IMG/VR virus record: IMGVR_UViG_3300025678_000005
DNA: 64,000 nucleotides
From: a virus
Taxonomy: Duplodnaviria > Caudoviricetes
Direction: 5' to 3' (one strand)
The translations under genes were made by a program, and so were the position numbers. Below, one piece after another: positions 54,818 to 64,000 of this stretch (position 1 is its first letter; every line of letters begins with the position of its first letter). The notes beneath the pieces are model-generated. The model was not told the DNA's origin. It saw only the letters and a program-made list of their open reading frames with translations, and did no database searches.

Positions 54818-56720
54818 TAAAGGAACTTCCACAATCTCACTTGAAGAATCTATTAAAATTCTTGATAATCTTGATGAAATAAGTCTTGATACAGAAACTA
54901 CTGGTTTGGATCCACACACAAAAAAATTATTATTACTTCAATTAGGTAATTATGATGTACAATTATTGTATGATATAGAAAGTTTTAATTATAAAATTCC
55001 AGAACAATTAAAAAAATTTCTAAATACAACCAAATCGTTATTTATTATACAAAATGCTAAATTTGATTTAAAATTTTTATTCAAGCAAGGAGTGATTATT
55101 AAAAAAGTTTTTGATACTTTTTTAGCTGAAACAATTATAACTATTGGAGAAAAATTTTATGAAAAGAGCCTTAAAGCATTAGCGGAAAAATACTGCAATG
55201 TGACATTGGATAAGACTGTAAGAGGAAAAATTATAAAAGACGGTTTGACTGATGAAGTTTTACTTTATGGAGCGAATGATATTAAATATTTACAGCAAAT
55301 TAAAGAAAGACAAGTTCAAACAGCAAAAAAATTAAATTTAATCAATGCAATTAATTTGGATAATAATTTTGTTATAGTTTTAGCCTACGTTGAATTCTGT
55401 GGTATTAAATTAGATTATAATAAATGGCGAATTAAAGTTAATAATGATTTACAAATATTAAAAAATGCAGAAAGTAAATTAAATAGTTATGTTATAGAGA
55501 ATGGATATAAAGTATGTGCACAACACAATTTATTTTCTACAGAATTGGATGTTGAAATTAATTGGACTTCTCCACAACAAGTAACTAAAATATTTAATTT
55601 TTTTGGTATTAATACAACAGTTACAGAACATGGAGAGATTAAATATTCAATTTCTAAAAATGTGTTAGAATCACAAGCAAGAGATTTTGAATTAGTTAGA
55701 CTGTATCTAGAGTATAAAAAAGCTGAAACAAATGTAACAAAATTTGGTTATAAGTGGAAAGAATATATTAATCCTGTTACAGGAAGAATACATACTTCTT
55801 ATAAACAAATTTTAAATACTGGTAGAATTTCAAGTGGAGATAGAAACGATAATGCTCCAAATTTACAAAACTTAAGTTCTGATAATTTAACTAGAAGTTG
55901 TTTTATACCAGAAAATGGTAATCTACTAATAGATGCAGATTATCACGCACAGGAACAAATAATTCTAGCTAATTTTTCACAGGAGCCTAATTTACTTCGT
56001 TTTTATGAAAGAGGTTTTACTGATATTCATTCTTATGTTACATTTTTAATGTATCCAGAAGTGAGAAGGTGTAGTTTAGAGGATTTAACTCCAAAAGAGC
56101 TAGATTATATAAAAGAAACCTTTCCACAACTAAGAAAAAAAGCCAAATCCGCTGGATTTGCGATAAATTACGGCGGAAATGGCCTAACAATTGCAGCAAG
56201 ATGTAATATAAGTAAAGATGAGGGTGAATATGTATATATAACTTACTTTCATGCTTTTCCAAAATTAAAGGAATATTTTGATTATGTTACGTCTAAAACA
56301 TTAAATAGTGGATATATTACCTTCAATAATATTACTGGTAGAAAATTCTTTTTTAACATTAAAGAAAATCCTTATTATCAGTATAAAGAAACTCATAATG
56401 AAAAATTAAGAAGATCAGCAGATCAGATAAGGTCTCAAATAGCCAGATATTCACAGAATTATCCTATACAAGGTACTGCTGCGGATATTACAAAATTTGC
56501 TGGTATTTTACTATTTAAACAGATACTTGATCATAATCTATTTAATGTAGTAAAAATAATTAATTTGGTTCATGATGAAATATTAATTGAAGTTCCACAA
56601 GAAATGTCTGAAGAATGGAAAGAAATATTAATAAATTGTATGGAAAAAGCAGGTAATTTATTTTGCAAAATTTTTCCTTTACATGCAGAAGCATTAATTG
56701 GAAATTATTGGATACACTAA
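54792..56720 (+). CDS. polA: Family A DNA polymerase with 3'-5' exonuclease
   Basis: SLDTETTG, QNAKFD, TGRISS, PNLQN, DADYHAQE, RKKAKSAGFAINYG, NYPIQGTAAD, LVHDE. Confidence 0.93.
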   Translation: MSIIHLINNKGTSTISLEESIKILDNLDEISLDTETTGLDPHTKKLLLLQLGNYDVQLLYDIESFNYKIPEQLKKFLNTTKSLFIIQNAKFDLKFLFKQGVIIKKVFDTFLAETIITIGEKFYEKSLKALAEKYCNVTLDKTVRGKIIKDGLTDEVLLYGANDIKYLQQIKERQVQTAKKLNLINAINLDNNFVIVLAYVEFCGIKLDYNKWRIKVNNDLQILKNAESKLNSYVIENGYKVCAQHNLFSTELDVEINWTSPQQVTKIFNFFGINTTVTEHGEIKYSISKNVLESQARDFELVRLYLEYKKAETNVTKFGYKWKEYINPVTGRIHTSYKQILNTGRISSGDRNDNAPNLQNLSSDNLTRSCFIPENGNLLIDADYHAQEQIILANFSQEPNLLRFYERGFTDIHSYVTFLMYPEVRRCSLEDLTPKELDYIKETFPQLRKKAKSAGFAINYGGNGLTIAARCNISKDEGEYVYITYFHAFPKLKEYFDYVTSKTLNSGYITFNNITGRKFFFNIKENPYYQYKETHNEKLRRSADQIRSQIARYSQNYPIQGTAADITKFAGILLFKQILDHNLFNVVKIINLVHDEILIEVPQEMSEEWKEILINCMEKAGNLFCKIFPLHAEALIGNYWIH

Positions 56721-57946
56721 TGAATAGAACAGAAAGACAAAATCTTGGAATACAGAAATGGATAAATGCTGGTTGCAGGGGAACTTTAGAGTGGACTACT
56801 GGAACTGGAAAAACTTATGCAGCCTTAACTGCAATAAAGAGTTTTCTCACTACAAATAAAAATAAAATAATAACTGTAATTGTTCCTACAGAAAATTTAA
56901 AAGTACAATGGTTGGATAAATTAACAAAATATAATTTATTTCAATATGTTAATGTAGAGATTATCAATTCAGCTATTAAAAGAAATGATAAAATAAATTT
57001 TATTATTTTAGATGAAGTTCATAAAATACCTACTAATACTGCAATAAGCATTTTTAAAAAAAGAAATCCAGATTTAATTTTAGGGCTTTCTGCTACGTTT
57101 AATAGGTTAGATGGAAGACATATATGGTTAAATGATTTATGTCCTGTTATAGATACTATTTCTGTAAAAGAAGCAGTTGAAAATAACTGGTTATCTACTT
57201 ATAGAGAATATAAAGTTTTAATTGAACCTGACGACATAGAAGTATTTAATGATTATAGTTTAAAATTTACAGAAGCTTTTTCTATTTTTAATTTTGATTT
57301 TAAGTTAGCAATGAATTGTGTTACAGATATTGTTGAAAGACGAAAATATGCTAAAATGCTAGGAATAACACAATCAGAAATGACTGCTATAACTTTTTTA
57401 TGGAAAAATATGTTACATGAAAGAAAAGCATATATAGCAAACCATCCTAAAAAATTAGAAATAGCCAGGAAGATTATACAAAATAGACCTACAAGTAAGA
57501 TAATAACTTTTTCTTCAACTATTAAACAGGCAGAATTGATTGGATATGGAATAACTGTTCACTCTAAAAAAACAAAACTACAAAATAGAATTCTGATTAA
57601 TGATTTTATAAGTAAACCAAGCGGTGTCATAAACACAGCAAAGTCACTTGATGAGGGAATAGATATTCCAGATTTAGATGTTGCAATTATATTATCTAAT
57701 ACTTCTTCAAAAACACAAAAAACTCAAAGAATTGGTAGAGTTATCCGTTATGAAGAAAACAAAGTAGCAGAAATATTTAATTTAATATTAAAAGGAACTA
57801 ATGAAGAAAATTGGTTTCAAAAATCTACTGTTAATCAAAAATTTATAGAAATTAATGAAAAAGAATTGGAAGATGTTTTACTTTATATTCCGACTTATAA
57901 AATTGAACAAGAAGGAAAAGACTTAGATTCATTATTTATTTATTAA
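56720..57946 (+). CDS. Superfamily 2 (DEAD/DEAH-like) helicase
   Basis: TGTGKT, LDEVH, GLSAT, LDEGID, QRIGRVIR. Confidence 0.9.
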   Translation: MNRTERQNLGIQKWINAGCRGTLEWTTGTGKTYAALTAIKSFLTTNKNKIITVIVPTENLKVQWLDKLTKYNLFQYVNVEIINSAIKRNDKINFIILDEVHKIPTNTAISIFKKRNPDLILGLSATFNRLDGRHIWLNDLCPVIDTISVKEAVENNWLSTYREYKVLIEPDDIEVFNDYSLKFTEAFSIFNFDFKLAMNCVTDIVERRKYAKMLGITQSEMTAITFLWKNMLHERKAYIANHPKKLEIARKIIQNRPTSKIITFSSTIKQAELIGYGITVHSKKTKLQNRILINDFISKPSGVINTAKSLDEGIDIPDLDVAIILSNTSSKTQKTQRIGRVIRYEENKVAEIFNLILKGTNEENWFQKSTVNQKFIEINEKELEDVLLYIPTYKIEQEGKDLDSLFIY

Positions 57947-58034
57947 AAATAGATAATATATTTATATCTATATTACCTCTTTATAAAAGACTATAAAAGT
58001 TTATAAGAGAGCTGGGTACAAAGTTTTTATATAT

Positions 58035-58649
58035 ATGATTAAAAATAATTTATCTTTTGAAGAAGAAATATCCATAATGATTCATTATGATATAAGTCCT
58101 AATGAGTTATTTATACTGAGATTGTTGATGTTGGCAAAAGATGGAGATACTTCATTAATAAAAAGATATATTACTAATGTACCTTCTGGAAAGAAAATAC
58201 TTATAGATTGTTTAGATACATTAAAAAACAAAAAAATAATATCCTCTTCATTTAATCTACCAGAAGATGGGGAAACATTAAGTTTAACAACAGTACCTAT
58301 TAATAAGAATTTTATTAAGACTTTTATAAGAGAGGCCAATCAAATAGGCAAAGAGTTTTTTGATGCATATCCTCCATTTATTTATATTAATGGAAAAATG
58401 ACGCCAATTAGAAACTTTGCAAAAGCAGGTTTATATACCTTTGATGAATTTTGTTTGTTTTATGCTAAGACTATAAAAGATTCTGCTGTTACACATGAAA
58501 GAATATTGGAAGATTTACAATTCGCTAAAGAAAATAATTTAATTTCTTTCTCAATATTAGAATTTTTAGCTTCTCATAAGTGGGAAGAAATTGAATATAT
58601 TAGAAATAGTGGAGAGATAAATGGATATAACAATACAGAATTAATCTAA
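58035..58649 (+). CDS. Hypothetical replication protein
   Basis: 204 aa, EFFDAYP motif, upstream of DnaB. Confidence 0.6.
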   Translation: MIKNNLSFEEEISIMIHYDISPNELFILRLLMLAKDGDTSLIKRYITNVPSGKKILIDCLDTLKNKKIISSSFNLPEDGETLSLTTVPINKNFIKTFIREANQIGKEFFDAYPPFIYINGKMTPIRNFAKAGLYTFDEFCLFYAKTIKDSAVTHERILEDLQFAKENNLISFSILEFLASHKWEEIEYIRNSGEINGYNNTELI

Positions 58650-59656
58650 TGGATTATATAAAAGATTTTATTGATAATGTCAATAATGGTAAGAAAGGAA
58701 AAAATGTTGGTATATCTACTGGATTAAATAAATTAGACAATTTAATTTATGGAATTCAAAAGAAATATTTATATTTAATTGGATCAGATTCTGGGGCGGG
58801 TAAAAGTTCTTTTGTAATTGATATTTTTCTTTATAATCTATTTAAAAATAATAAAAACAACAAAATAGAAATATTACTATATTCGTTTGAAATGGATGTA
58901 AATGTAATATTTGCAAAATTATCCTCTCTTTACATTTATGATACATATCATGTAGTTATTAATTATGGAGACATTTTATCTCTAAGTAGTCCAATTAATG
59001 ATTTGTATTATAGTTATGTATTAAACAGTGTTGAATGGATAAAAACAATAGTAAATCATATTACTATTTATGATAAACCACTTTCACCAACTGCTATATA
59101 TGGAACTTGTAAGGAATGGTTAAGTAAATTTGGTGAATTTATTAGACTTGGCGAGCATAAAGAAGATTATATAGAAAAAGATTCAGATATTTATAAAATA
59201 GTTATAATAGACCACCTAGGCTTAATTAGTGGGCCTGAATCAAAAAAACAAAAGATGGATACCGTTTCTGATTATTTTATTTACTTTAGAAATAAATGTA
59301 AAATAACTGGTGTATTTATACAACAATTAAATAGAAATTCAAAGTCTGTTGAACGAAAAACTAATGGATATGAACTTTTGGATAATGCAGATTTAAGTGA
59401 TTCTTCTGTTCCCGCACAGGCAGCAGAAACAATTCTTTTATTATATTATCCTTATAGAGAAAAAATACCTAGAGTAGAAGGGTATCCAATACAAAATGTT
59501 TTAAAACATAAGTTTAGATTATTACAATGCACTAAAAATAGATTTGGACAAGCAGATAAGAATATAGGATTGGTTTTTCATGGAGAGATAGGCCTCTTCA
59601 AAGAATTACCAAAACCAGAAGATATAAGTGATTATAGTAAATATATTATGTTATAA
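58649..59656 (+). CDS. DnaB-like replicative helicase
   Basis: ISTGLNKLD, GSDSGAGKS, YSFEM, IIDHL, QQLNR, TKNRFG. Confidence 0.88.
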   Translation: MDYIKDFIDNVNNGKKGKNVGISTGLNKLDNLIYGIQKKYLYLIGSDSGAGKSSFVIDIFLYNLFKNNKNNKIEILLYSFEMDVNVIFAKLSSLYIYDTYHVVINYGDILSLSSPINDLYYSYVLNSVEWIKTIVNHITIYDKPLSPTAIYGTCKEWLSKFGEFIRLGEHKEDYIEKDSDIYKIVIIDHLGLISGPESKKQKMDTVSDYFIYFRNKCKITGVFIQQLNRNSKSVERKTNGYELLDNADLSDSSVPAQAAETILLLYYPYREKIPRVEGYPIQNVLKHKFRLLQCTKNRFGQADKNIGLVFHGEIGLFKELPKPEDISDYSKYIML

Positions 59657-59660
59657 AAAT

Positions 59661-60410
59661 ATGGAACTACCAAAAGTAAAAATACCAGCAGAACATAAAG
59701 ATCCTAAATATTTAATAATGTTTGGCTTGCCAAAAGTTGGTAAAACAACTATAGTAGCTCAATTACCAAAATGTCTAATAGTAGATTTAGAAAAAGGTTC
59801 TACTTATGTAGAGGCTTATAAAGTAAAAGCTTCTAATTATGTAGAATTGTTTGAAATAGCCAAAGCATTAAGAGCAAATCCAGGACAATATAATTTTGTA
59901 GCTCTTGATACAGTAACTGCTTTGGAAGATATAGCTTTACCATATGCAAATAAATTATATAGAAATACTCCTATGGGTGTAAATTTTGACCCAAAAGAAA
60001 ATATTTTAAAACTTCCAAATGGAGCTGGATATTTATATTTTAGACAGGCTATGGAAGAAATAATTGGTTGGTTTACTAATGCTGTACAGAATGTTATATT
60101 AATAGGACACGTTAAAGAAAAATCTTTAAATGAAAAAGGAACTGAAATGAATGTTATAGACCTAGATGTAACTGGAAAAATGGGAAGAATATTATCTTCT
60201 CTTTCAGATGCTATTTGTTATGTCTATAGAGATCCAGAAACAAATGAGTTATATGCTAATTTTGGGACAAGTGCTTCAGTCTTATCTGGTTCAAGATTAG
60301 ATAACCTTTCTGGTCAAACAATTCTTCTATCTAAAAAAGAAAAAGATGGTACAATTAAAACTTATTGGGAAAATATTTATCCATCTTTAAAAGATAACAA
60401 AAAGGAATAA
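59661..60410 (+). CDS. AAA_24/Sak4-like ATPase
   Basis: FGLPKVGKTT, DLEKG, ALDTVT, GAGY, LIGH. Confidence 0.8.
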   Translation: MELPKVKIPAEHKDPKYLIMFGLPKVGKTTIVAQLPKCLIVDLEKGSTYVEAYKVKASNYVELFEIAKALRANPGQYNFVALDTVTALEDIALPYANKLYRNTPMGVNFDPKENILKLPNGAGYLYFRQAMEEIIGWFTNAVQNVILIGHVKEKSLNEKGTEMNVIDLDVTGKMGRILSSLSDAICYVYRDPETNELYANFGTSASVLSGSRLDNLSGQTILLSKKEKDGTIKTYWENIYPSLKDNKKE

Positions 60411-60435
60411 TATTATTTATAAAAATTAAGATAAA

Positions 60436-60936
60436 ATGTTAAAATTAATAACAATTACAATGCAATTAGATACTTTAACACAAAAAATATCTAATGTAAG
60501 AACAACGATCAAAGATATAAATACAATTATAGAATCTGATCCTATTGCTATTTTAAATGAAAACACATTGGAATTCAATCAGGTCGCTTTAGAATTATTA
60601 GGTGCGGTTCCAGGAGACAGAATTGAAATAGCATGGGTCTATATTGAAAATAAATTCAAACCTGTTGTATTTAAGTCTGAAACACGAGGAAATTTATTAT
60701 CTAAAAATAATAGAATAATTTGTAAGGGAACAACTTCAAAGGATTTAGGTAAAATAGCAAATAAATTTTATATTGTTCCATTTGAAGATATGTTTCTTCT
60801 TGTTACTGAAGATGAATATAGTTTTCCAGAAAGTGATGATCTAAATGATTTAACTAAAATTGATTTGGAAAACTATAATATAAATAATTTAGATGATGAT
60901 AATTTTCAGATAAATATGCTAGACTCTAAAATTTAA
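60436..60936 (+). CDS. Hypothetical protein
   Basis: 166-aa ORF. Confidence 0.65.
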   Translation: MLKLITITMQLDTLTQKISNVRTTIKDINTIIESDPIAILNENTLEFNQVALELLGAVPGDRIEIAWVYIENKFKPVVFKSETRGNLLSKNNRIICKGTTSKDLGKIANKFYIVPFEDMFLLVTEDEYSFPESDDLNDLTKIDLENYNINNLDDDNFQINMLDSKI

Positions 60937-60941
60937 AAAGT

Positions 60942-61658
60942 ATGAATTTTTCATTTGACATTACTGCAAAAGCATCACAAAATTTAACACAACAAAGATT
61001 GCCTGGAAATGCTGTACACAAAGTAACTTTTGTAAAATGTGAAGCAGTAGATATACCTGGGGTTAAACATCCTGGAGAAGTTTATAAAGTATTAAGATTT
61101 AGATTTGAAAATGAAAATGGTTATTTTGAACACACTGTTTTTGAACCGAAGGAGGGAGACGACCAAAGAAAAAGTATAACTGTTCGTGATAAAAATGGTA
61201 ATATGAATGAAATCGAACAGTCATCTAATATTGAAAATATAATGTTACTTTTTAAACATATTATTGATGCTATTAATCCAGAAGTTGCCGCTAAAATAGA
61301 TGCTGGAACTGCAAGTTTAAAAGCTTCAAATTGGGATGAGTTAAGAAATATAATGTGTAAGATTTTAAACCCAAAAGCAGGTACAGAAACAAATATTAAA
61401 TTATTAAAAAATAATAATGGAGATGCAGTTTTTCCAAGTTATTTTACGAGGGTTGTAAAAACTGAAAAATATCCTAATGGTTTAGCAGTTATTAGGAATA
61501 ATTTCATTGGAGATAAAATAGCTTTTACAGCTTATGAAATGGATCGTATTCAAAAACAAATAATAAAAGAAAAAGATACCGCTCCAAGTACTGTTTTTGA
61601 AGACACCCAAACAGATGATGCACCAGAATATTTATCTTTTGATGTAGATACATTATAA
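60942..61658 (+). CDS. Putative ssDNA-binding protein
   Basis: Lies after the Sak4-like gene; acidic C-terminal tail. Confidence 0.5.
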   Translation: MNFSFDITAKASQNLTQQRLPGNAVHKVTFVKCEAVDIPGVKHPGEVYKVLRFRFENENGYFEHTVFEPKEGDDQRKSITVRDKNGNMNEIEQSSNIENIMLLFKHIIDAINPEVAAKIDAGTASLKASNWDELRNIMCKILNPKAGTETNIKLLKNNNGDAVFPSYFTRVVKTEKYPNGLAVIRNNFIGDKIAFTAYEMDRIQKQIIKEKDTAPSTVFEDTQTDDAPEYLSFDVDTL

Positions 61659-61660
61659 TA

Positions 61661-62662
61661 ATGAATTTTGAATTGGTTGTTTTACCTAAATTAACCAGAG
61701 AACTTTTATTGGAAAATAACACCCAGGAGACATATTTTGAACACTACCTGGGTGTTCCAATAAAAAAGGGCTTATTTAGAAGCCCTGCAATGATAAGAAA
61801 AGATATTAATCCAACTTGTGCTTTTTATAAAGATAAAAAAGGAAGATTAATCTATAAAGATTTTGCTGGGCCTACATTTGATTTTGTTGGCTGTGTAATG
61901 TATTTATATGGTTGTAATTACTATAATGCTTTAAAAATTATTGCAAATGATTTTAATATAATAAATTACACTAATTTAGAAAAACATCAACCAAAAATTC
62001 AATACACTAATACTGTATTAGAAAAGACTACAAGAGCTAAAATTTTTGTTACTATAAAAGATTTTACTACCGAAGAACTCGATTGGTGGAAATCTTTTGG
62101 TATTTCTTTATCAACTTTAAAAAAATTTAAAGTTTTTTCAATAGATGAGGTTTATCTTAATGGTGTATTTATAATAAAATCTACTACAAAAAATCCAATT
62201 TTTGGTTATTATGGTGGTCAGACAAAAGAAAAAGATTATTTATGGCGTTTATATATGCCAAACAAAATAAAAAATAGATTTATAAGTAACTGGCCAGCAA
62301 GTATGATACAGGGTATAAAGCAATTACCTAAAAATGGTAATTATATTATTATTACTAAATCTCTAAAAGATGTTATGTCTTTATTTGAATTTGGAATTCC
62401 AGCTATAGCTCCTAATACAGAAAATATTTTTCTTACTGAAAAACAGTATGAAAAGTTAAAATTAAGATTTAACGATATATATCTATTATATGATCGAGAT
62501 CTTCCTGGTGTTAAAGCAGCACAGAAAATTAGAAAACAATTTAGTGATATAAAGGTATTATTAATGCCTGGATCGAAGGATTTTTCAGATTATGTAAAAA
62601 AATATGGCATTCTAAAAACTTTTAATTTAATAGAGTTATGGCAAAAAAGAACAAATCAATAA
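61661..62662 (+). CDS. DNA primase (Toprim)
   Basis: RKDINPTCAF, KDF, ITKSLKDV, YDRDLPG, KDFSD. Confidence 0.85.
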   Translation: MNFELVVLPKLTRELLLENNTQETYFEHYLGVPIKKGLFRSPAMIRKDINPTCAFYKDKKGRLIYKDFAGPTFDFVGCVMYLYGCNYYNALKIIANDFNIINYTNLEKHQPKIQYTNTVLEKTTRAKIFVTIKDFTTEELDWWKSFGISLSTLKKFKVFSIDEVYLNGVFIIKSTTKNPIFGYYGGQTKEKDYLWRLYMPNKIKNRFISNWPASMIQGIKQLPKNGNYIIITKSLKDVMSLFEFGIPAIAPNTENIFLTEKQYEKLKLRFNDIYLLYDRDLPGVKAAQKIRKQFSDIKVLLMPGSKDFSDYVKKYGILKTFNLIELWQKRTNQ

Positions 62663-63039
62663 GACAAAATATTGGAAAATACTCTAAAAGAAAGGGAAGT
62701 TCTTATGAGAGACAAATAGCAAAAGAATTAAGAGAATTAACTGGTAATGAAAATATAACGACTAGTAGGGCTTCTAATAAAAAATTAGATAGTATGAAAA
62801 TTGATATACATGATGAAGATAATATTCTTCCATGTTATATACAAACAAAAAAGACACAGTCAACGCCACAAATTAAAAAAATAAATACAGAAGTTGGTAA
62901 AATTGATAAACCTTTAGCAATCTTTTGGAATATACAAGAAAAAAAAGATGGTAATATAAATATTACATCTGCTGGCGAATATGTAATAATTTCAAAAGAT
63001 TTTTTTTATAAGATTCTAAAACAAGTAATGAAAAAATAA
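62638..63039 (+). CDS. Holliday-junction-resolvase-like PD-(D/E)XK nuclease
   Basis: SKRKGSSYERQIAKEL...KIDI...IQTK. Confidence 0.7.
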   Translation: MAKKNKSIRQNIGKYSKRKGSSYERQIAKELRELTGNENITTSRASNKKLDSMKIDIHDEDNILPCYIQTKKTQSTPQIKKINTEVGKIDKPLAIFWNIQEKKDGNINITSAGEYVIISKDFFYKILKQVMKK

Positions 63040-63040
63040 T

Positions 63041-63538
63041 ATGAGGCAATTAAGAATTGCATTGGATATAGATGATACATTGTCTAATTTTTCTGAAGAA
63101 TATGCTATATTTTGTAATGATCCGACATTAAAAAATATTACTAAAAATGTATATTATTTAAGGAATCATAAAAATTTTTGGGAAAATTTAAAAGTAATAC
63201 ATTATCCAGATTTTGTACCACACGTTTATTGTACCAGACGTATAAATTCAAAAAGATTTACAAAAAATTGGCTTTTAAAAAATAATCTTCCAGATAGACC
63301 AGTATATCAAATATATAGTCAAACTAAAAACAAAGCAGACGTCTTAAGGGGTAGATGCGATCTATTAATTGATGATGATTTTAATAATGTTTTACAGTGT
63401 ATAAATTCTAATTTCCCAGCATTATTGATACATAGTCAGAGAAATAAAGATATATGCACACCTTATAAGATTTATGAATTGAAATATAAAGAAATAGAGA
63501 AAAAGTACGATGAGTTATTTAGAAATCATTTTAGATAG
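63041..63538 (+). CDS. HAD-family 5'-nucleotidase-like protein
   Basis: ALDIDDTL ... LLIDDD. Confidence 0.75.
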   Translation: MRQLRIALDIDDTLSNFSEEYAIFCNDPTLKNITKNVYYLRNHKNFWENLKVIHYPDFVPHVYCTRRINSKRFTKNWLLKNNLPDRPVYQIYSQTKNKADVLRGRCDLLIDDDFNNVLQCINSNFPALLIHSQRNKDICTPYKIYELKYKEIEKKYDELFRNHFR

Positions 63539-64000
63539 TATAAGATTTGAAAAAATATCTGATGAAGAATATTTTTCTGACAAATATAAGGATTATATTA
63601 GTAGCAGCCAATTAAAATTATTAGACCCAAGTAATGGAGGTTCTTTAGAAAAATTTCATTTAGGGTTACAACCTTTATCATCAGATTATATAGAATTGGG
63701 CAATGCAATACATTGTATGTTATTACAACCAGATTTTTATGAAATTTCTAATATAACTAAACCAGCTGGAAAACTTGGTAAATTTGCTGATAGAATGATA
63801 GAAATAAATGGAGTGACTGTGGATGACTATATTAGAGTTGCAAAAGAAATTGATTATTATTCTGGTAAATTAACAAAAAAACGCATTGAAAATATAGAAA
63901 ATGAATATTTCTTTTATTGGCAACAAAGACGTGATGAACAAAAATCAGAAAAATGCAAAATTTATCTATCTAATAGTAATTTAAACAAATATAATAATTG
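63510..64000 (+). CDS. PD-(D/E)XK/DUF3799-like exonuclease, 5' part (runs off window)
   Basis: SDEEYFS...ISSSQLKL...LGNAIHCMLLQP. Confidence 0.65.
   Translation, partial: MSYLEIILDSIRFEKISDEEYFSDKYKDYISSSQLKLLDPSNGGSLEKFHLGLQPLSSDYIELGNAIHCMLLQPDFYEISNITKPAGKLGKFADRMIEINGVTVDDYIRVAKEIDYYSGKLTKKRIENIENEYFFYWQQRRDEQKSEKCKIYLSNSNLNKYNN

Noticed and set aside
31781-61722. Minus-strand ORFs in the right arm (e.g. 33025, 42589, 56038, 58085)
   Set aside because: Antisense shadows of plus-strand genes with no recognisable motifs.

Overview
This window is a 64-kb segment of an AT-rich crAss-like (Crassvirales-type) phage genome. TAnnTTTG promoter boxes point to a Bacteroidota host. It has two divergent arms that switch near 31.6 kb. 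The left arm (minus strand, 1-31.4 kb) carries late and structural genes: tail fibres, a ~1194-aa phosphoesterase-bearing protein, portal, large terminase, holin/spanin-like genes, GroES and a ribonucleotide reductase. These look fragmented in the ORF track only because TGA is read as Trp; a UCA-anticodon opal-suppressor tRNA is encoded at 28509-28581. The right arm (plus strand) carries small early genes and the replication module (PolA, SF2 helicase, DnaB, primase, nucleases, ClpP, ferritin, DNA methyltransferase). It reads in the standard code, with TGA used as a stop. Other elements are a group I intron splitting the Walker A motif of an AAA+ ATPase, a D-armless tRNA-Ala/tmRNA-like mini-RNA, integron-cassette-like (attC-like) gene units, a thrice-repeated pseudoknot/loop-E leader motif, a ~320-nt structured intergenic region, and several decaying paralogues. 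All calls come from reading the sequence by eye; no database searches were run.
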